From assembly GCA_964016885.1 (NCBI GenBank), contig OZ024747.1:42966001-43030000 (forward strand): 64,000 nt of DNA, in the 5' to 3' direction. This DNA is from Eledone cirrhosa (Eukaryota). This document shows, one piece after another, positions 62,471-64,000 of this stretch (its first letter is position 1; every line of letters begins with the position of its first letter). The position numbers were made by a program, and so were the translations under genes. The notes under the pieces are model-generated. The model ran no database searches, was not told the origin of the DNA, and was given only the letters and a program-made list of their open reading frames with translations.

Positions 62471-64000
62471 GTTTGCAGTGTTTAGTTACAGCCTTTTAAT
62501 TTTTGAGTTCAAATCTTGTCAAGATCAGCTTTGCTTTTCATATTTTTGGGGTCAATAAAATAGATAAAATTTGAAGCATCATCATTTTTCATAATTTTAT
62601 GTCTGCTAATCCATGCTTGTATGTACATCCCAAAGCATGTGACCATAATGATATTGAATCGCTATAAATAATAGCTGAGAAAAGAAATACAATATCAGTG
62701 AAGTACTGCAGAGGATTTATATTTACATAATGCATCCTAGATGTAAAAGGAATTAAGATAGAAGACAAAGGAATCATAAATCATTTCAGTTTTTCTCTGA
62801 CAATGACATAGTGAAACATGGAGAATAAAGGGCAGATAACCTGTCTTAGTTGATTGAGATAAGCGTGATTTGTTGAATGATTTGTGTAATATTGAATGCT
62901 TAAGAGAGATATAATGAGGTGGGGTGTTAATGGAGTGGGCAGTATTGGGGTGGGTAATCAGTGAGTTGACTGGTGGTGGTGTGGTGCAGGAAGGAATGTC
63001 AAATAATGGAAGAATATTGAAAAGCAGTTTCAGCTCATATGTTGATGGGATATAAGATGATTGAGTGGGCAGGGTGAAGAAGTGTCATTAGATAATTGAA
63101 GATGATAACAGCTAATAAAGGATCAATAACCACCATCTATCTCATCTCAATTCTAGGACTTTAGTGTGTTGTTGTTGTTGTTGTAAAGGTAGCTAATTGA
63201 CAAAGTTGTTAGAATCTAAATTAGAATGTCTTGTGGTATTTGTTCTGGATCTTGGCATTCTGGGTTCAAATTTTACTTAGGTAAACGTTGTCTTTCATTT
63301 TTTGGGGGTTGGTAAATAAAGTAGCAGCTATGAGTGGTAGATTGGCAAAGTTATTAGAGTATCAGATGAAATGCTTTGCAGTATCTATTCCAAACTCTTT
63401 GTGCTAATGGTAGGAAATGTGTCCACTAGAACCTGGCTAATAGTGGCAGGTCTCTGATATCACATGGAGACAAATGTTTATTGGAGGAAATTAATAGTTG
63501 CATTAATAAAAACAAAAAGATGCTCCACAAAATTGGAAAAATTCTTGTTGTTGTTTAACTCCACGTCAATCCAGATAGATGACCATTGGCTTTCCAATTA
63601 TGATCATCATAACTTTTTTCCAGGCAAAGAGTATCTAGGACTTCATTATGCAATATGCCCTTCCCTTTTTTAAAGACAGCAGGTGTGATATAATAGAGTA
63701 TTGGTACCTATTCTAGCATGTGGTATGATCACATAGAAACTCCCTTTTCGGTTTGAGGACAAAGTGATGAGTGTCCTGGGTGTATGACATATGTGGTGGG
63801 ATTTAACAGGGTGATGTGAGGCAGAAATGGTACAGAAGTGATCTTGAATAGAGTGGAACAATACAGTAATGATGAGAATATTTACTAAATACCAATGATG
63901 GAGGGATTGGGTTATGGATAAGCAGGAGGTCACATCTATTACATGGTTGCGACAGAGTAATGTAGGAAGGATAGTGATGAGGGGGTTTTCCTATAAGGAG

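Overview
Repeat-dominated, AT-rich animal genomic DNA. The SINE, LINE and microsatellite content suggests a cephalopod such as Octopus, but that is inference. Nearly all entries in the ORF track are microsatellite or satellite artefacts, or decayed transposon fragments. The one host-gene signal I can support is a 48-nt first coding exon (MEGLPLFPGNTFKDPT, 28215-28262, +) resembling the EFHC1/Rib72 N-terminus. It lies just behind clustered RFX X-box-like motifs, so most of the right half of the window is probably intron 1. Mobile DNA includes a rearranged Penelope-like element (RT plus GIY-YIG), Tc1 and maT DNA transposon relics, Helitron-like and piggyBac-like non-autonomous elements, RTE, R4/Dong and CR1 LINE fragments, and two tRNA-derived SINE families. 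There are four large tandem arrays, with 47, 55, 19 and 44 bp units. The most interesting signal is a set of type I hammerhead ribozyme motifs: seven with complete catalytic cores in at least four sequence families, plus decayed copies. They sit in the Penelope terminal region and in short non-coding modules that are embedded in (TA)n tracts and often carry fold-back inverted copies. Two hairpins look like fold-backs made exactly at a ribozyme stem II. A second theme is satellite DNA born from SINE sub-sequences.
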